Shown here: positions 18,830 through 27,955 of the stretch, in pieces
Position numbering within the stretch: position 1 is the stretch's first letter
Layout of the letters: each line of letters starts with the position of its first letter
Assembly: GCA_028877275.1 (NCBI GenBank)
Contig: JAPPFP010000009.1
Coordinates: forward strand, 354,889 to 418,888
Source of the DNA: Acidobacteriota bacterium
Lineage (GTDB): Bacteria > Acidobacteriota > Thermoanaerobaculia > Multivoradales > Multivoraceae
DNA length: 64,000 nucleotides
Direction: 5' to 3'
Program-made: the position numbers and the translations under genes
The notes under the pieces: generated by a model
What the model was told of the DNA's origin: nothing
The model's database searches: none
The model's input: the letters and a program-made list of their open reading frames with translations, nothing else

Positions 18830-19825
18830 CTAGCCCCGGCGAGCCTGTGCCAGTTCGGCCATGCGGGTGAACAGTTCCTGCATGTGCGTGCGGTCGCCGG
18901 CGCCGCCGCTGAACTCGCGGTACAGGGAGTCGACGTTGATCGCGATCCGCTCGCTGTCGCCCCACGACTCGAAGTCGCCGAGAGCGATGTCGAACGCCGC
19001 GTCGCGCGCGGAAAGCCCCGCGTCGTAGCGCTTTCTCGCCTCGTCGCGGATGTAGACCAGATAGGCGCGCATGGCCTCGACGCCGCGATTGTCGGTGATG
19101 GGACCGTGACCGGGCACGATCGTCTCGAGGTCCCAGCTCAGCAGCAGGTCGCAGGCGTCGATCCAGTTCTGGACGGGGCCCGCCCAGATGATCGGGGCGC
19201 CCTCGATGAACAGGATGTCGCCGGTGAACACGGTCCGGTCGTCGGGGACGTGGACCATGATGTCGCCGCCGGTGTGGGCCGGACCGACCTCGGTCAGCTC
19301 GACGCGCTTGTCGCCCACCGTGAGCGTCAACTGGCCCTCAAAGGTCCGGCTGGGCAGTGTGTGAGTGATCCCCTCGAAGTCGAAGCTGCCGAAGCACTCC
19401 ACCAGAAAGTCGCCGACCAGGCCGCCGTTCTCGCGGGCGCCTCGCATCAGCGCCGCGAGGCCCGCCGGCGTGGTTGCTTCCATCTCGGCGGCCGCGGTCG
19501 CCGACGCGACGATCTCGGCCCCGGCGACGAGTTCGTTGCCGTGCGTGTGGTCCCCGTTCGAGTGGGTGTTCACTAGCCGATCGATGTCGGCGGCGGCGTT
19601 GTGCGCACTCTTCATCGCGGCGAGCATCTCGCGCGTGTTCGGTAGGTCGAACAGGGTGTCGACGAGCAGCGACTCGTCGCCGCTCACGATCAGCCCGGCG
19701 TTGCTCCAGCCCCAGCCTCCGTCCGGCTGCAGCCAGGCGAACGAATTGTTGCCGAGGTCGTGGAGACCCCGTTCGAAGGCGAACCGTGGACTTCCGAGGC
19801 CGGTCCAGGGCGAAGTGTCAAGCAT
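18830..19825 (-). CDS. MBL-fold metallo-hydrolase
   Basis: THSNGDHTHGN (H-x-H-x-D-H), then downstream H and D ligands. Confidence 0.8.
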   Translation of the reverse strand: MLDTSPWTGLGSPRFAFERGLHDLGNNSFAWLQPDGGWGWSNAGLIVSGDESLLVDTLFDLPNTREMLAAMKSAHNAAADIDRLVNTHSNGDHTHGNELVAGAEIVASATAAAEMEATTPAGLAALMRGARENGGLVGDFLVECFGSFDFEGITHTLPSRTFEGQLTLTVGDKRVELTEVGPAHTGGDIMVHVPDDRTVFTGDILFIEGAPIIWAGPVQNWIDACDLLLSWDLETIVPGHGPITDNRGVEAMRAYLVYIRDEARKRYDAGLSARDAAFDIALGDFESWGDSERIAINVDSLYREFSGGAGDRTHMQELFTRMAELAQARRG

Positions 19826-19871
19826 GGGCGCACTTTAGCCAAAACGCCTCGGGCGTAGATACGATTGCGCG

Positions 19872-20273
19872 ATGACTGCCCCGACCGCGGTCGAGCGTTC
19901 CCGGGCCACGCTCGATCTCGACGCGTTCTGGAACTGGCTCGTCCTCCATCCAAACTGCGTCGTCCGGGCCGGATCGGTCGACGCGCTGCTCTGCGACGAC
20001 GAGGACTTCCACTGGCAGTTCGTCGCGGAGGAGAACAACCTCCTCATCGCACAGCTCGTCTACGGCAAGCGCCTGGTGGGAGAGATCCTGATCGACCGCG
20101 AGCGGGTCGCCTACGTCCAGGCTTTCCAGGGGGAGCAGGACGGCGAGTACGTGTTCGAGTTGATCTCGGAGACGGAGCGGGAGCGCACGGCGGCGTGGGT
20201 CTTCGTCATGTCCCACGGCCTGGACGACGAACCCCAGGAGTCGGCTCATTCCACTCCTACGCTGGTTCACTGA
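19872..20273 (+). CDS. Hypothetical protein (133 aa)
   Basis: Strong GC3 bias in this frame. Overlapping alternative-frame ORFs are arginine-rich artefacts. Confidence 0.5.
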   Translation: MTAPTAVERSRATLDLDAFWNWLVLHPNCVVRAGSVDALLCDDEDFHWQFVAEENNLLIAQLVYGKRLVGEILIDRERVAYVQAFQGEQDGEYVFELISETERERTAAWVFVMSHGLDDEPQESAHSTPTLVH

Positions 20274-20324
20274 CGGTCGCACGGACCCAATGGTGGGTGG
20301 GCGCGGGCAGACGGAGGCCCTGAG

Positions 20325-20993
20325 TTGACGCTGCGCATCCTCGGGGTCGTCGACCTGCACTGGTCCGGAAAGAGACCGCCACGGCTGCCGGACCCGTCCG
20401 GCTTCGATCTGGTCCTTCTGGCCGGAGACCTGACGAACTTCCTCGGTCCGGAACACGCCCGCCGCATCGTCGAGCCGCTTCGGGACTCCGGCGTTCCGCT
20501 GCTGGCGGTGTGCGGCAACTGCGATCAGCGGTCGGTGGATGACTACTTCCGCGAGATCGACATCGACCTCGACCGTCGCGCTCGCGTCATCGACGGCGTC
20601 CGCTTCCTCGGTCTCTCCGGCGGTCTCCCCTTCGGTGACCTTCCCTACGAACGGACCGAGGAAGACTACGAGCGGGTGGCCGCCGACACCTTCGAGCAGG
20701 CCGCTGCAGTCGAGGGAAGGCCCACCATCCTGGTCTCCCACCAGCCGCCCTTCGGCACCGCCTGCGACCTGGCCCGCGGCCAGCACGTCGGCTCGACGTC
20801 GCTCCGCGCCGCCGTCGAACGCCACCAGCCCGACCTCGTCTTTTCCGGCCACATCCACGAGTCCATCGGCGCCGGCACGATCGGCCCCACCCGCCTCGTC
20901 AACCCCGGCCCCTGGTTCCAGGGCCGCTCCGTCGTCATCGAAGCCGATCCGGATGCTGGGACCGTCGACTTCGAGATCCGCGCGCCGGACTAG
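20325..20993 (+). CDS. Metallophosphoesterase (calcineurin-like)
   Basis: DLH, GD, GNCD, and GHIH-type motifs in order. TTG start. Confidence 0.7.
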   Translation: MTLRILGVVDLHWSGKRPPRLPDPSGFDLVLLAGDLTNFLGPEHARRIVEPLRDSGVPLLAVCGNCDQRSVDDYFREIDIDLDRRARVIDGVRFLGLSGGLPFGDLPYERTEEDYERVAADTFEQAAAVEGRPTILVSHQPPFGTACDLARGQHVGSTSLRAAVERHQPDLVFSGHIHESIGAGTIGPTRLVNPGPWFQGRSVVIEADPDAGTVDFEIRAPD

Positions 20994-21015
20994 CGGCGCG
21001 CGCGCGGCGCTGTTT

Positions 21016-21218
21016 GGTTCGGGCCGCCTGCCGGCGTGGCCGGAGGGGAGGTTCCCATCGGACGCTCACGCTTGTTGGGTGGACGGGGGTTCAGCGCTCG
21101 CTTCGGTCGGCTGCGCTGCGGTAGGTCGTCGGTCGAGGTGACGGTCTGGGGAGACGCTTGCCTCCAGCCCGCTGGGAACCTCCCCCCGCACTCGCCGGCA
21201 GGCGGCCATCACCGAACC
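21016..21218. repeat. Long imperfect inverted-repeat element: about 36-nt arms (21022-21057 and 21173-21208) around a roughly 115-nt core
   Basis: Arms contain two perfectly complementary blocks, GGCCGCCTGCCGGCG (15 nt) and about 13 nt of GGGGAGGTTCCCA, plus flanking GGTTCGG/CCGAACC. Lies between convergent stops at 20993 and 21209. Internal mini-hairpin CAGCGC...GCGCTG. Confidence 0.5.
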
Positions 21219-22363
21219 CGTCGCAGCCGCGCCACGAGTTCATCGATCGCCGGCAGGTCGACGTTGGCGAAGGCGAGGCGGAGGTAGCGGTCCTGGCCGG
21301 GGCCGAACATGGAGCCGGCGAGGCAGAGGATGCCGTGGTCCTCGGCGAGTTTGCGGCCGACTTCGACGGAGGAGCGGTCGGTGAAGGGGTGGCGGAGGTA
21401 GACGAAGTAGCCGCCGGAGGAGACGACGTCGAAGCCCGTGTTCGCTTCGCGGAGGCGGCGGGCGGCGTAGGCGACGCGGTCGCGGACGGTGCGGCGGTAC
21501 TCCCGCTTCCAGTCGTCGAGGTGCTCGAGGCAGAAGGTGGCCGCCAACTGGCCGATGTGCGACGGGCAGAGGGCTACGCAGTCGGCGATCTTGAGCGTCT
21601 CCCGGAGCAGGGCAGGATTCGTGGCCATGCAGCCGATCCGGTAGCCCGCCATGCAGTAGGCCTTGGAGAAGCTGTAGAGGTGGATCAGCGTCTCACTCCA
21701 GTCGGGACGGGCGAAGAGCGTGTGCGGCGGCTCGGAGTGCTCGCGGAACTCGCGGTAGGTCTCGTCGATCACCAGGACCAGTCCGCGTTCGCGGGCGAGT
21801 TCGAAGAAGCTCTCGATGAGGGCCGGCGGGTAGACAGCGCCGGTCGGGTTGTTCGGCGTCACCAGGACGATCGCGCGTGTTCGGTCGGTGATGGACGCCG
21901 CCGCCCCTTGCGGGTCGGGGAGCATGTCCGGACCGGGCTCCAGGTAGACCGGCTCGACATCCTGGGAACGCAGCCACATGTCGTGGTTGAAGTAGGAGGG
22001 CAGGGGCAGCAGGACCTCGTCACCTGGTTCGGTCAGCGCCATCATCGCCAGGCAGAAGGCCTGGTTGCAGCCGGCGGTGACAGCCATGTGCTCGACGGCT
22101 ACCGGGGCGTCGTAGTCCGCGGTCAGAGCACGGGCCAGCGCTACGCGCAGCTCCGGGACTCCCTGCTGGTCGGTGTAGGTCGCGGTGGCCGGGCTCTGGG
22201 CCTGGGCCGCGATGTGGTTGCGCAGTTCCCGGGCGGGCGGGTAGGTAGGCGCTGCCTGGGAGACGTCGATGAGGGGCAGGTCCGGGGAGGCGTCGTTCTT
22301 CCACCGCCCGACCTGGGTGATCGGCGAATCGATCACCCGATGCACTACCTCCCTGATACGCAT
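21209..22363 (-). CDS. Class I/II PLP-dependent aminotransferase
   Basis: Fold-type-I aminotransferase architecture with SFSKAY lysine motif. Confidence 0.85.
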   Translation of the reverse strand: MRIREVVHRVIDSPITQVGRWKNDASPDLPLIDVSQAAPTYPPARELRNHIAAQAQSPATATYTDQQGVPELRVALARALTADYDAPVAVEHMAVTAGCNQAFCLAMMALTEPGDEVLLPLPSYFNHDMWLRSQDVEPVYLEPGPDMLPDPQGAAASITDRTRAIVLVTPNNPTGAVYPPALIESFFELARERGLVLVIDETYREFREHSEPPHTLFARPDWSETLIHLYSFSKAYCMAGYRIGCMATNPALLRETLKIADCVALCPSHIGQLAATFCLEHLDDWKREYRRTVRDRVAYAARRLREANTGFDVVSSGGYFVYLRHPFTDRSSVEVGRKLAEDHGILCLAGSMFGPGQDRYLRLAFANVDLPAIDELVARLRRVR

Positions 22364-22429
22364 TGAGGGCGTAAGCTACCGGATCGATTCGGCGGCTGCG
22401 GGGTTGACCGGGATGGAGGAAGACGAAGG

Positions 22430-22870
22430 ATGAAGTACCTGCACACGATGGTCCGGGTCCACAGCCTGGAGAAGGCGCTCGACTTCTACTGCGGCAAACT
22501 GGGCATGGTCGAGCTGCGGCGGTTCGACAGCGAGCAGGGGCGGTTCACGCTCGTTTTCCTGGCCGCTCCCTCGGACCTCGAACTCGCTCGCGAGCGGACC
22601 GCGCCGTTGCTCGAGCTGACGCACAACTGGGATCCGGAGGACTACACCGGGGGGCGCAACTTCGGGCATCTCGCCTTCGAGGTCGAGGACATCTACGGCA
22701 CCTGCCGCTCGCTGCAGGAACAGGGCGTTGTCATCAACCGCCCGCCGCGGGACGGTCGCATGGCGTTCATCCGCTCGCCGGACGGGATCTCGATCGAACT
22801 CCTGCAGGCCGGCGGCTCCCTGCCGGTCGAGGAGCCGTGGGCCTCGATGCCGAACGAAGGCACCTGGTAG
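22430..22870 (+). CDS. gloA: Lactoylglutathione lyase-like VOC protein (glyoxalase I)
   Basis: [26 protein letters not shown]..., [20 protein letters not shown]. Confidence 0.75.
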   Translation: MKYLHTMVRVHSLEKALDFYCGKLGMVELRRFDSEQGRFTLVFLAAPSDLELARERTAPLLELTHNWDPEDYTGGRNFGHLAFEVEDIYGTCRSLQEQGVVINRPPRDGRMAFIRSPDGISIELLQAGGSLPVEEPWASMPNEGTW

Positions 22871-22876
22871 TGGCGA

Positions 22877-22895
22877 GGCCGCCGGCCTGGCGGCC
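22877..22895. terminator. Short GC hairpin between convergent genes
   Basis: GGCCGCC ggcct GGCGGCC (7-bp stem) directly after the gloA-like stop. Confidence 0.25.
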
Positions 22896-22918
22896 CGCGC
22901 GCCCAATCTGCGACCGCC

Positions 22919-23311
22919 TCAGTAGTCGGCGTAGTCCTTCTCTTCGACCAGTTCGGAGCCCAGCAGTTCGTTGATGCTCCGTTTGGCCGCGGCGCGCCGG
23001 TCGTTCGTGCGGTAGACCGCCCGCGCGAGTTCGATGAAGCGCTCGCCGAAGTCGCCGTTCCGCTCGCAGTCGCGGATGTCGTCCTCGATCTCCCACAGCC
23101 GCTCGTTGATCCGGCGCAGTTCCGTGGTGAACTCGTCGAGCTCAGGCGAGGCGTCCAGCGCTTCTTCGCGAGTGGCGGTCAGGCTCCGCAGCTCGCGGTG
23201 GACGTTGGCGAGCTTCCGCGGGTCGGCGATCCGCTCGGCCTTGATCTCGAGGATCGTGATCTTGTCGATCAACTCGCCCGGCGACACTTCGACCTGCAGC
23301 ACGGTCCCCAC
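22919..23311 (-). CDS. Conserved hypothetical protein often found beside glycosyltransferases (DUF6165-like, by recollection)
   Basis: 130 aa, acidic, coding-biased frame. Lies directly downstream of a GT4 gene. Confidence 0.5.
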   Translation of the reverse strand: MGTVLQVEVSPGELIDKITILEIKAERIADPRKLANVHRELRSLTATREEALDASPELDEFTTELRRINERLWEIEDDIRDCERNGDFGERFIELARAVYRTNDRRAAAKRSINELLGSELVEEKDYADY

Positions 23312-23353
23312 AACGGCGGAGACACTACAGGACTTCGCGTGTCCGGTTGCCGC

Positions 23354-24574
23354 TCAACTTCTCTCCCGCCGCACGAGGACGTTCCCGGCCTCGATGACTC
23401 GGGCGGCCACTTGCCGCCAGTCGTAGCCGGCTGCCCGCTCGACGGCAGAGCTCGAAGCGGCGGCGAGTTCTCCGGGTTCGGCGAGCAACCGTTCCAGCAA
23501 CCCGGTCAGGTCGCCGGCGTGGGGGTCGACGGCCCAGCCTTCCCGGCCGTCGCGGACGAGTTCGGACACCGCGCTGTTCGGCGACCGGCAGTGGACCACC
23601 GGCACGCCGGCGGCCATCGCTTCCAGCGGGAAGAGTCCGAAGCCCTCGCGTGCGGAGGGTTGGACCGCGAGGCGGGCGCCGGCCACGGCGCGCCACACGT
23701 CCTCGTTCTCGGGCAGTCTGCCGGCGAAGTCGACGATCGCGTTGAGATTCTCCCGCTCGATGTGGGCGCGGAGATCGTCCTCCGCCGGGCCGCCGCCGAT
23801 GATCCGGAGCAGGGCCCCGCGTTCGGTGGCGAGCTTGCGGCCCGTCTCCGTGGCCGCCAGCCTGGCCGTGGCGTCGAGCAGCAGGTCGATCCGTTTCTCC
23901 GGGATCAGTCTGCCTGCGTAGACCAGGGGCGGCGCGGTCGCGTCCGCGTCGGCCGCGAGGGTGCGGATTCTCTCGAACGGAATGCCGTTCGGAATCACAT
24001 CGACCGTTTCGCCGCGGACCGTCGAGACACGGTCCGCGGTGAGCCGGCTGACCGCGGCCGCCTGGGTGCCGAAGCGCGCCGACCAGTGTTCGCAGAGGGC
24101 GTAGAGGCGCCACATGCCGGGGCTGAACGGCCCTGGAGGCCGGTGCTCCCGCCAATAGCGCCCCCAGTGCTCGTGCCAGGTGACGAGCAGCGGGATGCGC
24201 CGCCTGCGGCAGCGCCGGGCGAGCAGGGGCAGGTGGAGATAGGGGATGTTCGCGGTCTCGACGATGTCGACGCCGTCCAGCGGAATGCGGCGCACCTGGG
24301 AGGCAAGCGTCAGCGCTTCGATTCCCGATCTGCGGCCGCGCGCCACGTAGCGGCGGCTCGCCCTCGCCACCGGTTGAACGCGGACGTTCGGGTGGGGTTC
24401 GGCCGGAGACTCGGCCCAGCCCGACAGCAGGACCTCATGGCCGAGCCGGCCCAGCTCCCGCGCCAGCTCGTAGTTCCGGTGCTCGACGCCGCCGACCGAC
24501 TCCGGGTAGATGCAGTCGTAGAAGAACAGCCAGCGCAGGGGGCGTCCCGTCATCGCGGAAAGCGTACCCGCCAC
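23354..24574 (-). CDS. GT4 family glycosyltransferase
   Basis: GT-B fold with E-x7-E-like C-terminal motif region (EGFGLFPLEAMAAGVPVV). Confidence 0.8.
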   Translation of the reverse strand: MAGTLSAMTGRPLRWLFFYDCIYPESVGGVEHRNYELARELGRLGHEVLLSGWAESPAEPHPNVRVQPVARASRRYVARGRRSGIEALTLASQVRRIPLDGVDIVETANIPYLHLPLLARRCRRRRIPLLVTWHEHWGRYWREHRPPGPFSPGMWRLYALCEHWSARFGTQAAAVSRLTADRVSTVRGETVDVIPNGIPFERIRTLAADADATAPPLVYAGRLIPEKRIDLLLDATARLAATETGRKLATERGALLRIIGGGPAEDDLRAHIERENLNAIVDFAGRLPENEDVWRAVAGARLAVQPSAREGFGLFPLEAMAAGVPVVHCRSPNSAVSELVRDGREGWAVDPHAGDLTGLLERLLAEPGELAAASSSAVERAAGYDWRQVAARVIEAGNVLVRRERS

Positions 24575-24644
24575 TGGCTGCTGCTAGCGTCTCGGCTGCA
24601 TGGCGCCGCGGTCGGAACGGGGAAGAGTCTCGCGGGGACGCGGG

Positions 24645-25937
24645 ATGCGGATCGCCCTGCTCGTTGCCGTGGGCTGGGCGCTGGTGGCTACCATTCTGGC
24701 GATCGGACCGGATCGGATCGCGAGATGGCTGGGGGTGCCGAAGGAAGCAGAGACGCCGGTACCGCCCGAGGCCGCTGCGATTGCCGTCTACGGACCGCCG
24801 GTCGAGGTCGCGGCGCTGCCGGGCTGGGCCGGTGACGATGTGTCGGAGGCTTTGCCGGCCCTGCTCAGGAGTTGCGATCGACTGCTGGCGCAGCCCGCGG
24901 ACCGGCCGCTCCAGCCGGTCGAGCTGGGCGGCACGCCCGACGACTGGCGTCCGTTGTGCGGCGCACTGCGTGGCTTGGGCGACGCGGCCGGGGAGGAGGA
25001 GGTGCGCGCGATCATCGAGCGGGAGGCGGTCGCGGTACCGCTTTCCCGGGCCGACGTGGAGGCGGCCGGCGGCCGGCCGGGCGAAGGCTCGGTCTGGTCG
25101 CGCCGGATCGGCCTCTTCACCGGCTACTTCGAGCCCCTGCTGCATGGCAGCCGCCGTCGCAGCGCCCGCTACAGGGTGCCGCTCTACATGCAGCCCCCGG
25201 ACCTCGTCTCGGTCGACCTGGGGCGGTTTCGGGACGATCTGCGGGGGCGCCGCGTGGCCGGGAGAGTCCGGGAGCGCAGCCTGGAGCCCTACGACGACCG
25301 CCAGGCGATCACGTCCGGTTCGCTGGCCGGCCGCAACCTCGAACTTGTGTGGGTCGACGACGCGATCGACGCCTTCTTTCTTCACATCCAGGGTTCGGGG
25401 AGGATCGAACTCGACGACGGCTCCAGCTTCCGGGTCGGCTATGCGGCACAGAACGGCCACCCCTACCACGCGATCGGCCGCACCCTGGTCGACCGGGGGG
25501 AGCTGACGCTGGAGGAGGTGTCATTGCAATCGATCGATGCCTGGCTGCGGGAGCATTCCGACCGTGCCGGCGAGGTCATGGCGACGAACGACTCCTACGT
25601 TTTCTTTCGTGAGATCCGCGGCGAAGGCCCGGTGGGCGCCCAGGGCGTCGCGCTGACCCCGGAGCGTTCCCTGGCGGTCGACCGTCAGCACGTTCCGCTC
25701 GGCGTTCCCGTCTGGCTCGATGCGATGATCCCGGCAGCCAGCGTCAACGCGCCGGACGAGCGCCGCCAGTGGCTCCTCGTGGCCCAGGACGTCGGCGGCG
25801 CGATCCGCGGCGCCGTACGCGGCGACGTCTTCTGGGGGGCCGGCGAACGAGCCCGTGCGATTGCAGGCCGCATGGCGCACCGGGGCCGCTACTGGGCGCT
25901 GGTGCCCCGGGGCGTGGCGCTGGCACTCAATCTGTAG
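24645..25937 (+). CDS. mltA: Membrane-bound lytic murein transglycosylase A
   Basis: MltA blocks (LVWVDDAIDAFFLHIQGSGRI, VGYAAQNGHPY, 3D-domain C-terminus). Start at MRIALLVAV; the ORF-track 5' extension is rejected. Confidence 0.75.
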   Translation: MRIALLVAVGWALVATILAIGPDRIARWLGVPKEAETPVPPEAAAIAVYGPPVEVAALPGWAGDDVSEALPALLRSCDRLLAQPADRPLQPVELGGTPDDWRPLCGALRGLGDAAGEEEVRAIIEREAVAVPLSRADVEAAGGRPGEGSVWSRRIGLFTGYFEPLLHGSRRRSARYRVPLYMQPPDLVSVDLGRFRDDLRGRRVAGRVRERSLEPYDDRQAITSGSLAGRNLELVWVDDAIDAFFLHIQGSGRIELDDGSSFRVGYAAQNGHPYHAIGRTLVDRGELTLEEVSLQSIDAWLREHSDRAGEVMATNDSYVFFREIRGEGPVGAQGVALTPERSLAVDRQHVPLGVPVWLDAMIPAASVNAPDERRQWLLVAQDVGGAIRGAVRGDVFWGAGERARAIAGRMAHRGRYWALVPRGVALALNL

Positions 25938-25969
25938 CGTTCTGCGGCGCAAGCCCATAGTGTCGGGCC

Positions 25970-27157
25970 ATGGAGACGGTGCGCAACCTGGAACCGACGG
26001 ACGCAAGCGGCGGCATCGGCGTCGTCGAGACCCGGTTCGAGCATTTCGACGAACCGCTCGAACTCCGCTGCGGCGACACGCTGTCCGGTTTCACCCTGGC
26101 CTGGGAGCAGTACGGCGAACTGAACGCCGCGCGCGACAACGTCGTCCTCCTGTTCCACGCCCTGACCGGGAGCCACCACGCGGCGGGGACGAACCACGGC
26201 GTGGCCGGCATCGGAGACGCCTGGACCGACGAGATGGTCGTTGGCTGGTGGCACGAGTTCATCGGACCGGGGCGTGCGATCGACACGGACCACTTCTGCG
26301 TCATCTGCGTCAACTACATCGGCGGCTGCTACGGCTCGACCGGCCCGCTGTCGATCGACCCGGCCACGGGGGAGCGCTGGGGCCCGTCCTTCCCCCGGGT
26401 GCGCTTTTCGGACTCGGTGCGGGCGGCGATGCGCCTCGTCGACCGGCTGGGAATCGACGTGCTGCACGCTGGAATCGGTCCCTCGACCGGGGGCATGGCG
26501 GTGCTCGATCTCGCGGTCATGTTCCCGGAGCGGGTGCGTAACGTCGTCGTCGTCGCCGCCGGCATGGAGGTGACGCCGCTCCAGCGGATCCACAACTTCG
26601 AGCAGATCCAGGCGATCTGCAACGATCCGCGATTCGACGGCGGCAACTACCCGCCGGACACGGAACTCGAAGGGATGAAGATCGCGCGCCAGATCAACCA
26701 CAAGACGTTCGTGTCGCTGCGCACGTTGCGGCGGCGGGCGCGGAGCACGGTTGCCGAGGCGTCGGGCGTGCCGTGGTACGGCGTGAACCACCCGATCGAG
26801 TCCTACATGCGGCACCAGGGCCGGAAGTTCGCGGCCCGGTTCGACGCCAACTCCTACCTGCGGATTCTCGACGCCTGGAGCCAGTTCGAGCTGGCCGCGG
26901 CCGCCGGTGCCGGTTCTCTCCGGGAGGCGTTCGAGCGCTGCCGCGATCAGCGCTTCCTGATCTTCTCGATCAACTCCGACGTCTGCTACTACCCCGAAGA
27001 ACAGGGCGAGCTGATGGCGACGCTCGAGGAGGCCGGCGTCAGTTGCATGAGGATCATCGTCCACTCCGACAAGGGGCACGACTCCTTCCTGCTGGAGCCG
27101 GCGCTGTATCACCCGCACCTGACCTTCATGCTGGAGGGGCGGGGTTCCTGGCCGTAG
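25970..27157 (+). CDS. metX: Homoserine O-acetyltransferase (alpha/beta hydrolase MetX family)
   Basis: MetX-type layout: catalytic Ser in a GPSTGG-type segment, then downstream Asp/His blocks. Confidence 0.8.
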   Translation: METVRNLEPTDASGGIGVVETRFEHFDEPLELRCGDTLSGFTLAWEQYGELNAARDNVVLLFHALTGSHHAAGTNHGVAGIGDAWTDEMVVGWWHEFIGPGRAIDTDHFCVICVNYIGGCYGSTGPLSIDPATGERWGPSFPRVRFSDSVRAAMRLVDRLGIDVLHAGIGPSTGGMAVLDLAVMFPERVRNVVVVAAGMEVTPLQRIHNFEQIQAICNDPRFDGGNYPPDTELEGMKIARQINHKTFVSLRTLRRRARSTVAEASGVPWYGVNHPIESYMRHQGRKFAARFDANSYLRILDAWSQFELAAAAGAGSLREAFERCRDQRFLIFSINSDVCYYPEEQGELMATLEEAGVSCMRIIVHSDKGHDSFLLEPALYHPHLTFMLEGRGSWP

Positions 27158-27190
27158 TCCTGGCACTCGTTACACAAGGGAGAACTCACT

Positions 27191-27955
27191 ATGTGGTTGC
27201 GCTTGCGGCAGATCTGTCTGGTAGCCGAGAAACTCGCCCCGGTCGTCGACGACCTGGAGGCTGTCTTCGACATCGAGGTCTGCTTCAACGATCCCGGCAT
27301 CGTTCGGTTCGGGCTCGAGAACGCTCTGCTGCCGATCGGTAACCAGTTGCTCGAGGTCGTGGCCCCGATCGAGGAGAACACCGCCGGCGGGCGCTACCTG
27401 GAGAAGCGCGGCGGCGACGGCGGCTACATGTTCATCACCCAGTGCGACGACCATGCCCCGCGCCGGCGCCGGGTCGCCGAACTGGGGATTCGCCTGGTCA
27501 ACGAGTTCGAGCGCCACGGCTTCCAGAACATGCAGCTCCATCCCAAGGACACGGGCGGGACGTTCTTCGAGATCGACTGCCAGACGAACGGCCTGGAGCC
27601 GGGCGGGCCCTGGGAACCGGCGGGAGAGAACTGGCAGCGCTGCAGGCGGACTGACGTCGTCGACGCGATCGTGGCGGGGGAGATTCAGACCCCGGACCCG
27701 GACCGCCTTGCCGCCCGCTGGAGCGAGATCGCCGAGATTCCGCTGCACGATGTCGACGGCGTGCCGACGATCCCGTTCGAGAATGCTGACCTGCGGTTCG
27801 TTCTGCCGACCGACGGCCGGCCCGAAGGCCTGGGTGGCATCGATCTGCGCGCGGTCGACGCGGACCGCGCCCGTTCAGCCGCGGGCGAGCGGGGCTGCCT
27901 CGGCGCCGACGGCGTGATCCACATCTGCGGTACCCGCATCCGGCTCGTCGACTGA
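27191..27955 (+). CDS. VOC/glyoxalase-like domain protein
   Basis: Glyoxalase-like fold signals. The 3' end overlaps the convergent sqdB by about 80 nt. Confidence 0.6.
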   Translation: MWLRLRQICLVAEKLAPVVDDLEAVFDIEVCFNDPGIVRFGLENALLPIGNQLLEVVAPIEENTAGGRYLEKRGGDGGYMFITQCDDHAPRRRRVAELGIRLVNEFERHGFQNMQLHPKDTGGTFFEIDCQTNGLEPGGPWEPAGENWQRCRRTDVVDAIVAGEIQTPDPDRLAARWSEIAEIPLHDVDGVPTIPFENADLRFVLPTDGRPEGLGGIDLRAVDADRARSAAGERGCLGADGVIHICGTRIRLVD

